The notes beneath the pieces were generated by a model, which had not been told where the DNA came from, made no database searches, and worked only from the letters and a program-made list of their open reading frames with translations. This document shows positions 39,409 through 52,470 of a stretch of DNA of 64,000 nucleotides, piece by piece. The translations under genes and the position numbers were made by a program. This DNA is from Ylistrum balloti (Eukaryota). The DNA is taken from the NCBI RefSeq assembly GCF_031769215.1, contig NW_026782401.1, positions 992,001-1,056,000 of the forward strand, written 5' to 3'. The first letter of the stretch is position 1; each line of letters opens with the position of its first letter.

Positions 39409-42400
39409 ATAGCCAAATGAATGGTTTACCTACCTCGTTACCATTTTCGCGTACTTTCGTTACGTTTTTACTTACAATTCCCCTTTTGACGTACTTCCTA
39501 CATATAACTCATATCTTTTCAGAGAACACATCTCTTTACACCGTATTTCTTTTGTCGTTCTGACATTACGTTCGTATTGGTGTAAACACCATTCCTCTGT
39601 CTGTTCGAACCGATTTATAATCATCCGCTACTTCTCTCAGTTCAAAATGTCAGTCATTGAATGGATGGCAGCTAAAGAGTATTGACATATGCATCATATA
39701 TATCATACGATATCTTATTTAACATTATGTTCCATACACATTTACATCTGTATAAAGCACACCGACAAACTAGGATCTCGGTATCAATGAAAGAGCTTTA
39801 ATAGGTGTTTTGCAACAAAGAGTCGCTATAATAAATGGGTGTGGGAGTTAAGTTTGCAGTGATTTACTTGTTGAAGCAGTTCTAAAAGTTGGCCCTTTTA
39901 CAGCAGATAATATTGTTTTCGTTAGTTATTTCTACTCCTAGGGATCCATGTGACATCTGTGTCATTCCTTGTAGCTTTGTTTTTGTTCCTTTTTTAAAAC
40001 GTGTACGTGGTGATGACATTACATATTAATATTAAAACGTCTGTTTCACTTTGGAGTTCAAAACATAAAACTTCTGTCAGTAACAAATAAACACATTCAA
40101 TCCGTGACTGATTGTACAATTTTGCACCAGAAACATTTTTACCCAGTGTCGATGTTACCTTGTGTAACTGTTTATGGATAAACCGTGTAGAAACCTATCT
40201 GAAACAGATGCATTTGATACAACAACCCATTAACAATAAGTAATAACACACACATCAAAAGACTTAATACATATAAGGTTAGAGTTAATTAAACGGCTCT
40301 GTCAAGATGTCAAGTTTGTCAAATTCCAAAATATGTTACGTTCACAAAGAGAGAGCTGGGGCAGCGACTACGCAACAACAATAATCGCTTATGTAGCAGT
40401 CATCCTAAATATCGTGTTGTAATAAACATACGACGAGCAAAATAGTAATCACTAAAAGTCTACAAAAATGCATAAATGTTAGGAAACCGGTAATTTGCAA
40501 TTATCACAAATATATAAATATTCTAGTCTAACAGTTTGTGATCTTTAAATTCATTCATATAAAAGCTAGAAGATGGATCATCCGTAAACATATCTAGAAA
40601 CAGCTCGTTGTATCAGTTATCAGGTTGGAATATTCAAAGTAAACCCAGGGACGCAAAAGTGACCGCATTGACTTCTATAACCTAATGATGACCTGTACCT
40701 GATGACCTTTAACTTCAGTCCGGACATGTTTGACCACCTCGTTGAAATCACACCTATGGTGTCCATTAGCATATATACACACAAATGGGTCTTAATCTCC
40801 GCCTCAGTGATAGCATCTATATCCTCAGTTTAGTTTTCTTCCTATGTTCATATTTGCTGAATCACTTTCCTACAGGGGCCGGACACATCAAAGTGACCAC
40901 AGTCTGACCGCTGGTCACTCAGGGATATATTTGATGGACGTATATCGCTTCGATCTGACCATAGAAGGCCAGCCAGTTCACTCTTAGAGTACATTTCCGT
41001 CGCCCTGAATGCATTGCTATTATTTACATTTGACATAGCTAAGATTTTAACCATTAATGATTGCATAGTTAAGTATTTGTTTTCAAAAAACTGATCACCT
41101 ATAATATCATACGCTATTTATAACTTACTCAATTTTCTGATTCCTTAGAGTGAACTTGATGTCTACAATAACATTAACTCTGCAACACTTTCTCAAATTC
41201 TCATATATTATGGTTCTCTGTCGTGTTTGTGTAGATTTTCCTGTCATATACGGACAACACATATCTATATAATGAACAATATTCCTTATATTCCAATTGT
41301 TGTACTTCATATACCACTAAATTTACATTGTAAAACGTTATTGTATGTTTAGAAACTATATGCTGAAACAGCTACATTACACACAATACCAAACAAATAC
41401 AAACAATACCGGTTTGAAGAGTTTGAAGATATTTTCCCCAAGGATGGTTTACCTGATTATCTTCTAGTTTGCACATTATGTTTGTCGGCACGTAACCTTT
41501 ATGGACATATGCCACACAAGTGCTATTTCGTTTAGTCCAATTTTTCAAAAGTTACAAAAAAAACACCACCTTTACTACGAGCTTTTGCTGCTTTGCAAAA
41601 ATACGTAACAAGAGTGCAATAAGTCCAATAAACAACAACTACAAGATTGCTTGACCTGTTTCTAACACAATGATAGATACACTAAGGCGATGAACTGATC
41701 TGTCCTCTGCCCAGGGTTGTTATGGCATGGCCTGTATTGAAATGCCCGCTAATTAGAATGCACAAATGATAATTCAGAAGTATGTGGAAATAGTGTAAAA
41801 ACGAACAACAAACTGATATATTTCGATTTAATAATGATTATTACCAAAACTAATCATTCCCTTCCCTTTCTACCTCCAGCCAATCAAAATGCGTTTAGAG
41901 TTAATTACAAGTGTTTTCTTTTTTTTCTTTACGCAACAGTTGCAATGATTAAATGATGGTTTGAGAGCTGGATAACACCTACCCATTGTAGGTATATGTA
42001 TATTTTGCTATAATTTAGTAATACAAATGTCTATGTTAAAGTTACTTTTTACTGTGAAACTAAATAATTGAAATTCATATATAAATGCAAAACGATAAGA
42101 TCAGTGTATAGGACTGTATATATCCCCGTATCCTTAATTGACATGTTATTTCATTGTTTTCTGTGGATGTATTTAGTTACACAAAGTGAATCAATTTCAA
42201 CATACTTCATATTTACGAATAAACTTGATTGTTGTTTAACAGAAAGAGCTTTAGAACATAGAACACTAACAAAGACAAATAATTCTTTCCGGGGTAGAAT
42301 CATTATTCATCTCTGTCAGTCAATCAGACATATAACAACAAACAATAAGGTAATTTAAAAAGTCATATTTGTAATATTAGCTAGAATTAAAGTAATGCTA

Positions 42401-45400
42401 AGTCTTTATTTTGTGTTGAGTGGGGTGAGCTAATTCTTATCGAAAATAGTTATTTTTTCTTCTGAGTCTACGGGCTCCAATAACCATTTTACAGTGTTAT
42501 TGTTTTGTTTTGTGTTTTTTGTTTGTTTTCATTATTGTTTTTCGTTTACTTGTCTTTTTTCATATGTACGTATTATTTGCCTTTTCCAGTTTCGTTCATT
42601 AGATCGAAGTCAATTCCGATATTTCCTTAATACACATATCAGGTTATATTGTTGTAGTATGTATGTATTTTAATCTAACTGAACCTGTCTATGCAATAAA
42701 TGAGATGTTTAGGCTGACTGCAATCAGAACTTAATTATACAGGTATACATTCCAAGCATACGATTTGCTTGTCTGCTTATACATGAACCCCAACGGTGGC
42801 ACATGATGACGTCTGTATCAGTTGAAGGACAAATCACCCACAGAGATGCCGGAGTTGTCCCCCTTCTAATATTGATCTGATATCAGATAAGGCAATCTCC
42901 TAACTAAACACTCTCTAAGATTAAACATTCAAATAAACCTCAATTTGACAAATATACGGTAATATTCTCCTATCAGCTATTGGTGTAGACGTTGAACGAT
43001 AAAGCTTTGGAATTTATCAAGAAATTATTGGTAGATATTAAGTTTTCCGGATGAATCACCATTAATGTCAATCTATATCAAATATATAGGTTCACATTTC
43101 CTAACTATGCCTACAAGAAACCACACAGGTCAGGCAAGTTACGAAGTGTCTAGACAATGTATTTGTCTTAATAGAACGCCCCGTATCTTCCCCTGGATAC
43201 CACCCAGAACGCAGAGTAAAAAACGCTTGTTTCAAATGGATCATTTCCATCCATGCTCCAACAAGTCGCCTTCTTACATAACTTCCCCCCAGTCGTCTGG
43301 TCGTCTTCATTGTGTTGTACCAAAAAGCGTGTTCTTGTTTGCATGTAGGTTTTTTTTTTAATTCACATTTATCAAAATCTCCTTCTTTAATGTCACATTA
43401 AACTGTAATTTTAAAACAGGATCAACTAACCCCTCACAAGTATACTTGATTCTGATTTCTATTTTTTAATACATATATAAGAATTATAGGAAAATAACTC
43501 AGTATCCGTAATCGATTGCTCTATTTCAATATCAAATGTCTCGCTTTCGACTATCATTGTGGGTGTGTGTCAGAGCTTTAGGTTTCTGTTTTTTTGTGTA
43601 AAGCAGATAGATCGTATGTAAATAGGTCGCTAACCATCCCTTTTCAACGTGTTGGTAGGAAATGTGATACCAGTCAGTCTGAAACATGTTTCCTTTTTTG
43701 TTAAATGTACTCACACCATTTCTTCTTCAATTATATTTTCAAGTTACGATTTATGATATATCATTTTTTTCCTTTTGATTTATGAGTAAGATGCTGATGA
43801 CGATCAACGCATCTTAACAAGCATTAAACAAAAATAATGACTGGAAAAATGCCAACGTTTTTACTGAATTTTAGATAACGAAGAAAAAAGATACCACTAA
43901 ATAGGCAAATTGATTGGAAGGCCAAAATCTAACCAGAGACATTGATCAAAATAACTGGAGAACTGTTCCTTACCCAGTATATTTACTACATATGTAATCA
44001 GAATGCATTTCATAGCTCGAAAAATCAATATTTTGATACAAGAAAAAAATAGCATTAAGGCAGATTATTGACGTATGACCCTAATTTTCCTTCATACATT
44101 TCAATTGCTGTGTTACATGAAACTTCATGTTTTCAGAGAAAATACTCAAATATTCCAACTGAATATACAATGATATGATTAAGTATCCGAAAAGAGGGAG
44201 GATTGCAGTTAGTGTTATATATGGAAATAAGATTTCAGTGTACATGTTTTATCTGATTCACCATACATGAAAGAGATATCATCTTCCGAAATCTATCTTT
44301 ATATTTGTATTTTCACAATTCAGTGCCTTTATCTGTATATTCATCATGTACAAGCATATGTCCGTGAGCCGTAGATACACACTGTGTATTGCGATAAGGT
44401 TATGATACTGTGCTAATTGGGGTATTTTGAGGATATGTTTTCTATTTATAAATAAATCAAAAGAAATATAAAGGATTTACTGTATGTTAATAAATAAGAC
44501 CACGAAAACGAAACTAACAAACCATAACAATTAAAACCACCGACAAAATTTGAACATCAACCAAAGTAAAATAAGGCAGAGTTATTTTTAGTAAGAATGA
44601 AATGAGACGAAACATGAAAAAAAAAATTAAAAACCAAAAAAAATCTATAAAATGAAAGTATTCAAAACAACATGTGTCTATGGTGAAACGAGACAAAACT
44701 ATCATTTGCCTTTTATATTACACAAAACAATTGTCAGTATGAAACCATAATGATTGTAGATCAAACGATGTACACATTTAAAGCCAGAGCAAACAGACTA
44801 TAGCCATGTCTATATGTGCGATGATACAAGACAAAATATTTGTATCTATTCAATTAAAATAGATCAAACGAAATATATACACATTTAAACTAGAACAAAT
44901 AAAATAAAAATATGATCCACAAAACAACGACACAAGCCTAACTTTTTTGCGAGATACCAGACCAAAATGCCTTAATTTGTAATGAAATTTATATCATTAT
45001 GAAAGTGCACACAAATAAATTAGTTTAAAAAACACTATGGACTGTGAAATGTAGCAAAATAAACGGATACTGTTTACATTGATTAATTATTGGTCTGATC
45101 ACGGGACATTTGTATCAAATCGAGTTCACTGCGATACTACACGTAAGGAAATCTCTCAGGGACGTGATATTTTATATACATACGCTTTGAAACGGCATAA
45201 TATGGAACGTGGTAATGTTAGTTAAGCATTGCCATACCACGAGAGAAAATAATATATTTCAGTAATGTATTTGTATAATTATTTATTGTTGTTGTAAATA
45301 TTTCTGTGTAATTGAAAGTAAATGCCAATAAAACGAAGCAAGAAAATGAGAAATATTCATAAGCAAAGCAACGCTTATAAGTGTTTCATCTACCACGAAC

Positions 45401-46180
45401 CATTCAATGAATTGATTGGCTTGATAGATTGATTTCAGCTGGTTCCATACTTAATCATAGAGTATGTGCCAGCTGCAGTTTGATCATGCCAAGCACACAT
45501 CTCTTAGAATTTCCCATCAATTCATGGATGGAATGGGAAGGTATCCCTGAAAGCCAGCCATCTTAAAGGTGAATTCCTTCCTTCCTACAAAGGCTTTCCA
45601 GGAATCGTGGTTTTACTTCAGGATAAACCATAACCCAGCAGGTGCTAGTAGACATGTTAAGTGGAACCATCAGTGCACATCGCTCTCCTATCCTCCCTAG
45701 CAGTATACCGTTGTAGAGGTTAAATAACAGAAACCTCGACTATATGAAAAGGCATGTCATTCCCATCAAGGGTTCTGAGGAACATTTTTAAATGACCATA
45801 CAATCGGCCTCTTCACATGTGTAAAAACTTGGCAATTAGCAAATATATTTCTTATTATTAACTATCAAGAATTATATACGCCGTTTTCGATAATACAAAA
45901 AATGGTTACTCAGTAAATACTGATGGCATTAATTAAAGGTGGGGAAGCTATACACCGCACGTTTTAAAATCAGTTTTCAGCATTATATATAATACAAAAT
46001 AAACTCGTTTCCTCCATAATTATTTTTATTCAATGTGTAAACAAGAAATATTCCTACAAAACTACAAATTTAAATACGAAACGATGTACATAAATTTATT
46101 TCATCTTATCTAATGAGCAAAGCTTTAGTTTACAAAAAGTATACAATCTACGATGGATTTCCATCTGCATCAAGATAATG

Positions 46181-46280
46181 TGACATACATAACGTCTATA
46201 TATTATGTAGGTAACAATTCAATAATTTATATATGAATATGACATACATTACGTCTATATATTATTTAGATATCAAATTC
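46181..46280. repeat. Degenerate tandem duplication, period 59 bp
   Basis: tgacatacataacgtctatatattatgtag at 46181 vs tgacatacattacgtctatatattatttag at 46240. Confidence 0.85.
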
Positions 46281-48154
46281 ATCTCTAAAATGTACCAGAC
46301 GTTTTAGGTAGTGCATGATTATGCAAGATTTAATATGATTAAGGAAGGTCAATGGTGATGCTTTGAAGTAAAAATAATTTGCAAAAGGAAACGGGAACTA
46401 CGGCTTTTGATTGAAGATCACATTTGATAGATCATTTTCTTGATAATATATTTAAACCATTGAAAAAATGTAAAATAAAAAGATAAAAATAACAAATCAT
46501 ACATAAAAATATTGTGTCAAGGTAAGTGTTTCTATTTCAATTTTTAAATCATATTTACCAGACAGCAAACGTTCATAATTTAATGTCAAAGATGTAATGA
46601 TTTTGAAATATATTTATGTTAATATTTGATGGTAGTTAAAATTAAGTGAACAAAAAATAATGTTATGACTTATAAAAGACTATTTATAAAATTAATAAAT
46701 TGTTTCCTTTAAACAATCGCGATTTTCAGAGATATTTAAAAACTTAAAAGCAAAGGTAACTGTGAAGAGAAAGAGTTATAAAATCTCAAAAAATAGAAAC
46801 CACAATAATACAAATATAGGAATCATGAGGAAGGTAACATAGATTTATAAATATTAATGATATTGTTTTGGTCAACGTATATTTTGTTAGGAAATTCACA
46901 GCCACTGACATTCTTATACAGAAGCTGGCTTAAACTATTTGATTTAAGCATAGTATTGCCATAATAATCAGTAGTAGGATTTTTCACAAGTTATTACAAC
47001 ATGATTTTCCTTTCGCTAAACAAAATAAAATCTGCTGAATTTGACAAGATAAAGAGGTCGTGAATCAAATCAGATAATTACATTGATCTCCAAAATAAAA
47101 AAAAGTTCATTGATTGTAATATAAAATTCATTGCTACTGAAATTGTGAGTATTTTGTATTTACATGCAGATTTTCATTTCCACCATTAAGTAAGTCTACA
47201 AACAAGGCTACATTTTCAAAATTAAAAAATGTCTCTGCTGTTTTTGATTAGGACAATCAAAATGCTGTTCAGAAAAAGATTTCTTGATACACATCCTTCT
47301 CTATGTAAATAATAAAATAAACAAAGAAATAAAAACTACTGATTAAACTTACTAAATATCTATGTAAATTTGTTGTGTTTGGGAGACATTCCTGTGACTG
47401 GGGCGGTAAATGGGACCACCTGTACTCACGACGTAATCGATCTAAGTTCGTATTCTTGCCTAAATCGCTATCTTTGTGTAGTATCCAATACCTGGAGTGG
47501 TTCGTCTATTGACACGTCCGTCAGGCCACAACCGACCGATTTGTCTCCCATTCCACACGGCACGCCGATGAAGTAATCCTTCTAACTCCTATTATCCGTC
47601 CGTTTACTCGCTTTCTTGTGACTGTCCGTGTGTCCTTTAGATGCTCAACTGCCAAAGAAAGGACGAAATAAAGGTCATTTTAAATATTTCAGTAAACAAA
47701 GACTGCTTATCCCTTCTCCGCTTTCTCCAACAAGATCTACTTAGAGTCTTTGTATGTTGTCGACTGGTCTCCGTGGTTTGGCTAGGCTTCACCCAAAGTA
47801 CAGATGCTAAACGAAACTCGTAAACATATCACATCCAGGCATATATCGGACCTAAATGGGCATTAAGCGTTTGATATCACTGTGCTATTGTTGTTTTATA
47901 GTCCCTTTGCCCATTTCGCATCTCTTTTTATCTAACAGGTAGAAATAGGCAGAATAAAAGACCGATGAATACCTGGACACTTCGTGCAACATACCCAAGC
48001 GCCAAATCGGTGGGACATCCATAATTATACTTCAAATTATTGTTTTTAAATGAGTAATAACTTTCACTGCCTCTTTTCATCTTTGGCAGATCCCAAGGAG
48101 CTCAGAATTTAAAGGATGCGTTTGACCCTTTGGCCTCCTGATCGTAAAGTACGT

Positions 48155-48330
48155 GTCTGAATCTTGATATTCTATTATTGAAATTCAATTTTCCTTTTTG
48201 CAAATATTGGATGTTCAATATGCCGCGAAGTAAGGCGTGTATACCTGGTTGATAATATCTGAATCTGGATATGTTATTACAGAAATTAAATCCTCCCTTT
48301 AAAAAAAAACAAATTGGATGTTCGATATGA
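48155..48330. repeat. Degenerate tandem duplication, period about 102-107 bp
   Basis: ctgaatct(t/g)gatat at 48157 and 48259; attggatgttc(a/g)atatg at 48206 and 48313. This explains the internal repeat seen in the 48102..48377 minus ORF. Confidence 0.75.
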
Positions 48331-48539
48331 ATAATAAAATAAATGGTAAAAATAATAGGAAAAAGGGGGTTTAGCATAGCACTTTATCTACTATTAACTG
48401 CAGTTCGTTTAATAGAGGATAATAATTGACATTGAATAAGAAATTTTAACTTTTTCAAATTTTGAATTTTATTTGCGGGATATTTATTTCTATGGAGGAA
48501 CCTGAATGGATGTTTTTTGTTTCATTATTATTATTAATA

Positions 48540-48556
48540 TTTTTTTTTGTTTTTTT

Positions 48557-48607
<51 letters not shown>
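48540..48607. repeat. Long poly(T) tract (50 uninterrupted T at 48558-48607)
   Basis: Seen directly. Could be a minus-strand retroposon poly(A) tail. Confidence 0.95.
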
Positions 48608-48610
<3 letters not shown>

Positions 48611-49941
48611 TTGTTAACTCTCATTGTATATTATCTTAATCGAATTAGATGACTACGATTGCCTCACATATTCTGGAATCTGATATATCACAGTTTACGA
48701 TTTATTCCTTATTTCTAATCTTTAACTATACGTAAATAAGGTTAATCGTCTGAAACAAATACCTCGCTTTGTGGTAAGTAGTAATCCAATCACATTTAGT
48801 AAAATTACAGAATATACAATAGGCATCAAGACATTTGTGAATCGTATAAAAATATTGATGTATAGATAAAATAATATATAGTATTTTATGTATAACGTAT
48901 CGCCATCTCCGTAATGCTATGTTAGAACTGAAAATTCATTGGGAAGACACTAGAATGAGTATGAAAATATTTTAGTTTTATCTTCCTTCTTACAAGCGAA
49001 CAAGCCACAATAAAATGATATAAACCATTGAGAGTATGTTTAACAGAAACGTGTGTCTAAATTGGAAAAGTCATATTTTGATAGAACTAGACTCAAGGTG
49101 TCAAGTATCTGAATGTTCGATAGATACATTTAGAAGGGTACAGGCATAAATGTGACTTTGCAATAAAGTCTCCAATACACATATACAACATGACTTGCAT
49201 ATTCTCATCTTATCTTTACAGAGCGCATCGTTGCCTGTAATAATTATTTTAACAGGAAGTGGTTTTAAAGTTTACAAAATCCTTCAAACAATTGCTTTCA
49301 ATGAATTTGTGATTAAACCAGTGATCATAAATAATACTCATGTCTTCTCCAGACACTAAAATAGTTCAGGTGTATTCAGTAATATTACAAAGTTTTACAT
49401 TATTTACATTGTCCATTCAATATTTCACCTTTTGAAACAAAATCTTTGTCCCAGATTGTTCATGCCTGTTTTAAATAATGATCTTTGAGTTTAGAAATGT
49501 AAAAAAAAAAAAAAAAGGAATGATTTACTATGAGCTTTCCAACAAAAATCACTAATCTAATTTTCGTGTTCAGATCCATGAAAAAATATCCTGGAAAGGA
49601 ATTACACATTTGATTACACATAGGAAAGGAACTTAACTTATTACTCGCTCATTGAATAAATGTGGTAAAATGTACTGATAAAATATCAATATATATACTT
49701 GTATTTCTATCTAATATTATTATTTATTTTGGTTTCTTTATCTAATCTCTTCGTTACTAAAATGACAATGCCTTGCCTTTCCTACCAATTTTAATATCAT
49801 CGATATGATATACAACAGCATAATTTACTATTTCGCTAAAACGGTACGCGTAAATATCCGAAATCGTCTTAAGATAAACATGGTTTACATCAGCCTGCCT
49901 ATATCAAGGCTTTCAATGTTTTAGACACTGTTCGTCTTGCA

Positions 49942-49957
49942 TGACCTGTATTGACCG
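49942..49957 (-). promoter_or_regulatory. Near-perfect DR4 element (CGGTCA-ATAC-AGGTCA)
   Basis: The plus strand reads TGACCT-GTAT-TGACCG, one mismatch from consensus. Confidence 0.35.
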
Positions 49958-50759
49958 GTAGTTCGTAGTGAAAAAAACTCACAACATATGTCCAAATTAA
50001 TTGGAACAGCGTGAGACTGGCCTGTTCTCTGGGATGGTCCGAGAATCTCCCTTTCAGATATAAAAGGCCAGATCTCATTGGGGGAAGATTTGTTTTATCT
50101 TTTTCGTGAAATAGAAGTCTTGGTGTTTGGCATACACAATGATCTTTATAGTATGATGACGGAGATGGATCCTACAAATGTTATTTTGCAATATCATTTT
50201 GGACATAGATGGATCTGATGTGTTGTTTCAAGTGAGTACTAGTGGCAGATCTTTAGTGATTTATTAAACTAAATAAGATGTAACATATATGTTCTAGCAG
50301 CACATTTTCTAATGATATGACATTGATTTTCTCTGTCATAGTGTTTGGATGTAAATAGTAAATGTATATATGCTTCCTAATTGTATTGTGGGTAAGCCTG
50401 TGTAAAATACAATATCTTCAAAATAAATTCTATGTTTAGGTTTTAAATACATTTTAGACATATGACTTGACAGAAATTTGCCTTTAAACTATTTTTGATT
50501 CAATTTGAAAAGGAATTAAAGGAAAATTAATTCATAAATACACATTGGAAGCCAATGTTAATACACATGATGATGTATTACTAACACATCATAAAATGGG
50601 TGTTAGTGATCATTTGGCCTCAAGCTGTGATAAATACAAACATAAACGTCAGCAATTGAAAATTTTGACAATGTCTCCCATTATACGACATACACATCAA
50701 AGACCGGTTTACAATATCATACGAAAATATATTAATTTCAAATCAGATCTTCCAATAAT

Positions 50760-51110
50760 GCTCCGTATGGTTGATGACGGAGCACTCGACCCGCCCCACT
50801 AGGGTTCTAACCTGTGGACAGCATGTGCTCGGTAACATGAACCACTCACCATTTTGTCCGAACCATCGACATGTCAGGCCGACGCCATCTTGCAACGCAA
50901 AATTCACAAGGCAATTCTTCACGAACAGTCAGTTTCGCGGTCGAAAAGGAACATAAATTATCCTATTTTGACATTTAATATCTAGTTCTCTGAACGCCAG
51001 CCATCGGTCAGTCAATGGTAGTTGGCCTATCTGCCGTAGAAGACACCAGTTTCCGTCAGAATATTTATTGGCATGTGGTTAAGCCGACCGGTGCCCGTCA
51101 CTCTGAAATA
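50760..51110 (+). promoter_or_regulatory. CpG-rich promoter-like island (GC box plus YY1 site)
   Basis: CCCGCCCC at 50790-50797 and GACGCCATCTTG at 50881-50892 (near the YY1 consensus GCCGCCATNTTG). CpG density is high against an AT-rich background. Confidence 0.4.
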
Positions 51111-52386
51111 CTTGAACGTATTTTCATAATCAACATACATGATAGTTTCTAAACATGACTACCGTTTTTCATTTATGAAGCATGAAAGAGGACAAAATTA
51201 ATTTACGACGTGGTTTCCTCCTCCCCCACCGTCTGTAATTGATATAAGATCGTTCAAAACTATAAAAAACAGTTTGGATTTTGTTTATATTTAAGTATAG
51301 CTGTGTTAATAATTCTTCTTTGTGAAATATCTAAAAACTTAAAGCGCCAGGGGACCTATGATGAATTAAAACTCACAGGATCCTTGTTACAGCAGCATAA
51401 AAATGCCAACAACTGATGATTCATTAGCATTTTAAAACCTTAGAATTACCTTGTAATCTGGCAAAACATAAACCATTAAATATGGACAATTACTTATTTT
51501 TTTGAGATTGTGAGAGAAAAGGAAGCGAAATCCCTTTCTAATTTGGCTATGGTATTTGCAACAGGAGATATATCCCAATTTGTACCAGTTTTCTGACCTT
51601 CTAAGAACAAATAATGTACTCAGTATAATGTATTTTGATATGCAAAAAGTGCAGCATGGTTATGAGAATAATTTGAATTTATTTTCTATTTTTTGTCTAC
51701 TATGTATTAGCCAATTGGGTGAATTCCTTAAAGCAAAACTTACTTCCGAGTTTTAGTGAAATCTGAAATCAGTTTTCAGAAATAGATGATCACATTTAAT
51801 GGAAAATCATTCAATGAAAACATGAATAATACAATATAACACGTGCATTACCTTACAAAAACTGTTTGTCGCTCAAGTCTTTCCAAATACTTCACACACT
51901 TTTTTCTGTCAATAAGTGAACAGATGCAAGCAGAAGTCGTCTCCATAGATGATAAAAAACGAAAAAAAAAACCAAACCAAAACAAAAACATAGGCGTTTA
52001 CACATGATAGGGACTATTACTTCATTACATTTAACTTTTGATCACTTCAATACCATGTTAGTTAATAAAACATATTTTAAACAGGCGGAATAACTTTTTA
52101 CCTTTTTTAATTGTCAATAAAAGACCACTTGATTCTATTCGTATTCGCTTTATTGTTTGTTTGTTATTCATTTTTTTAACGAGAGGATAAAAATACACAA
52201 TGTGTGAACTAATGCAATTACATATGAATCAATTATATTAACCTCCCAGTCACCACTCAATAATATTTACAGGACGTTATAAACAAGTTGGCATGAAATA
52301 TAAGTCTTGGTAAATAGGTAAAAAATAGTTATATAATGCACTAAAAAAATCATACACCCACGTGAAAATTTAATCGTTATAAAAAC

Positions 52387-52470
52387 ATCATGGTGGGTAC
52401 CTCAGAATAAAAAATCATGGTTAGTACCTCAGAATAAAAAATCATGGTGGGTACCTCAGAATAAAAAATC
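52387..52470. repeat. 27-bp minisatellite, 3 copies
   Basis: atcatggtgggtacctcagaataaaaa at 52387, 52414 (variant ggttagtacc) and 52441. Confidence 0.95.

Noticed and set aside
42875-42888. 14-bp perfect palindrome ATCTGATATCAGAT
   Set aside because: Several palindromes of this length are expected by chance in 64 kb.
25003-50013. Identical 14-mer ATTGGAACAGCGTG at 25003 and 50000
   Set aside because: The flanks do not extend the match, and the chance expectation is not negligible (about 0.3).
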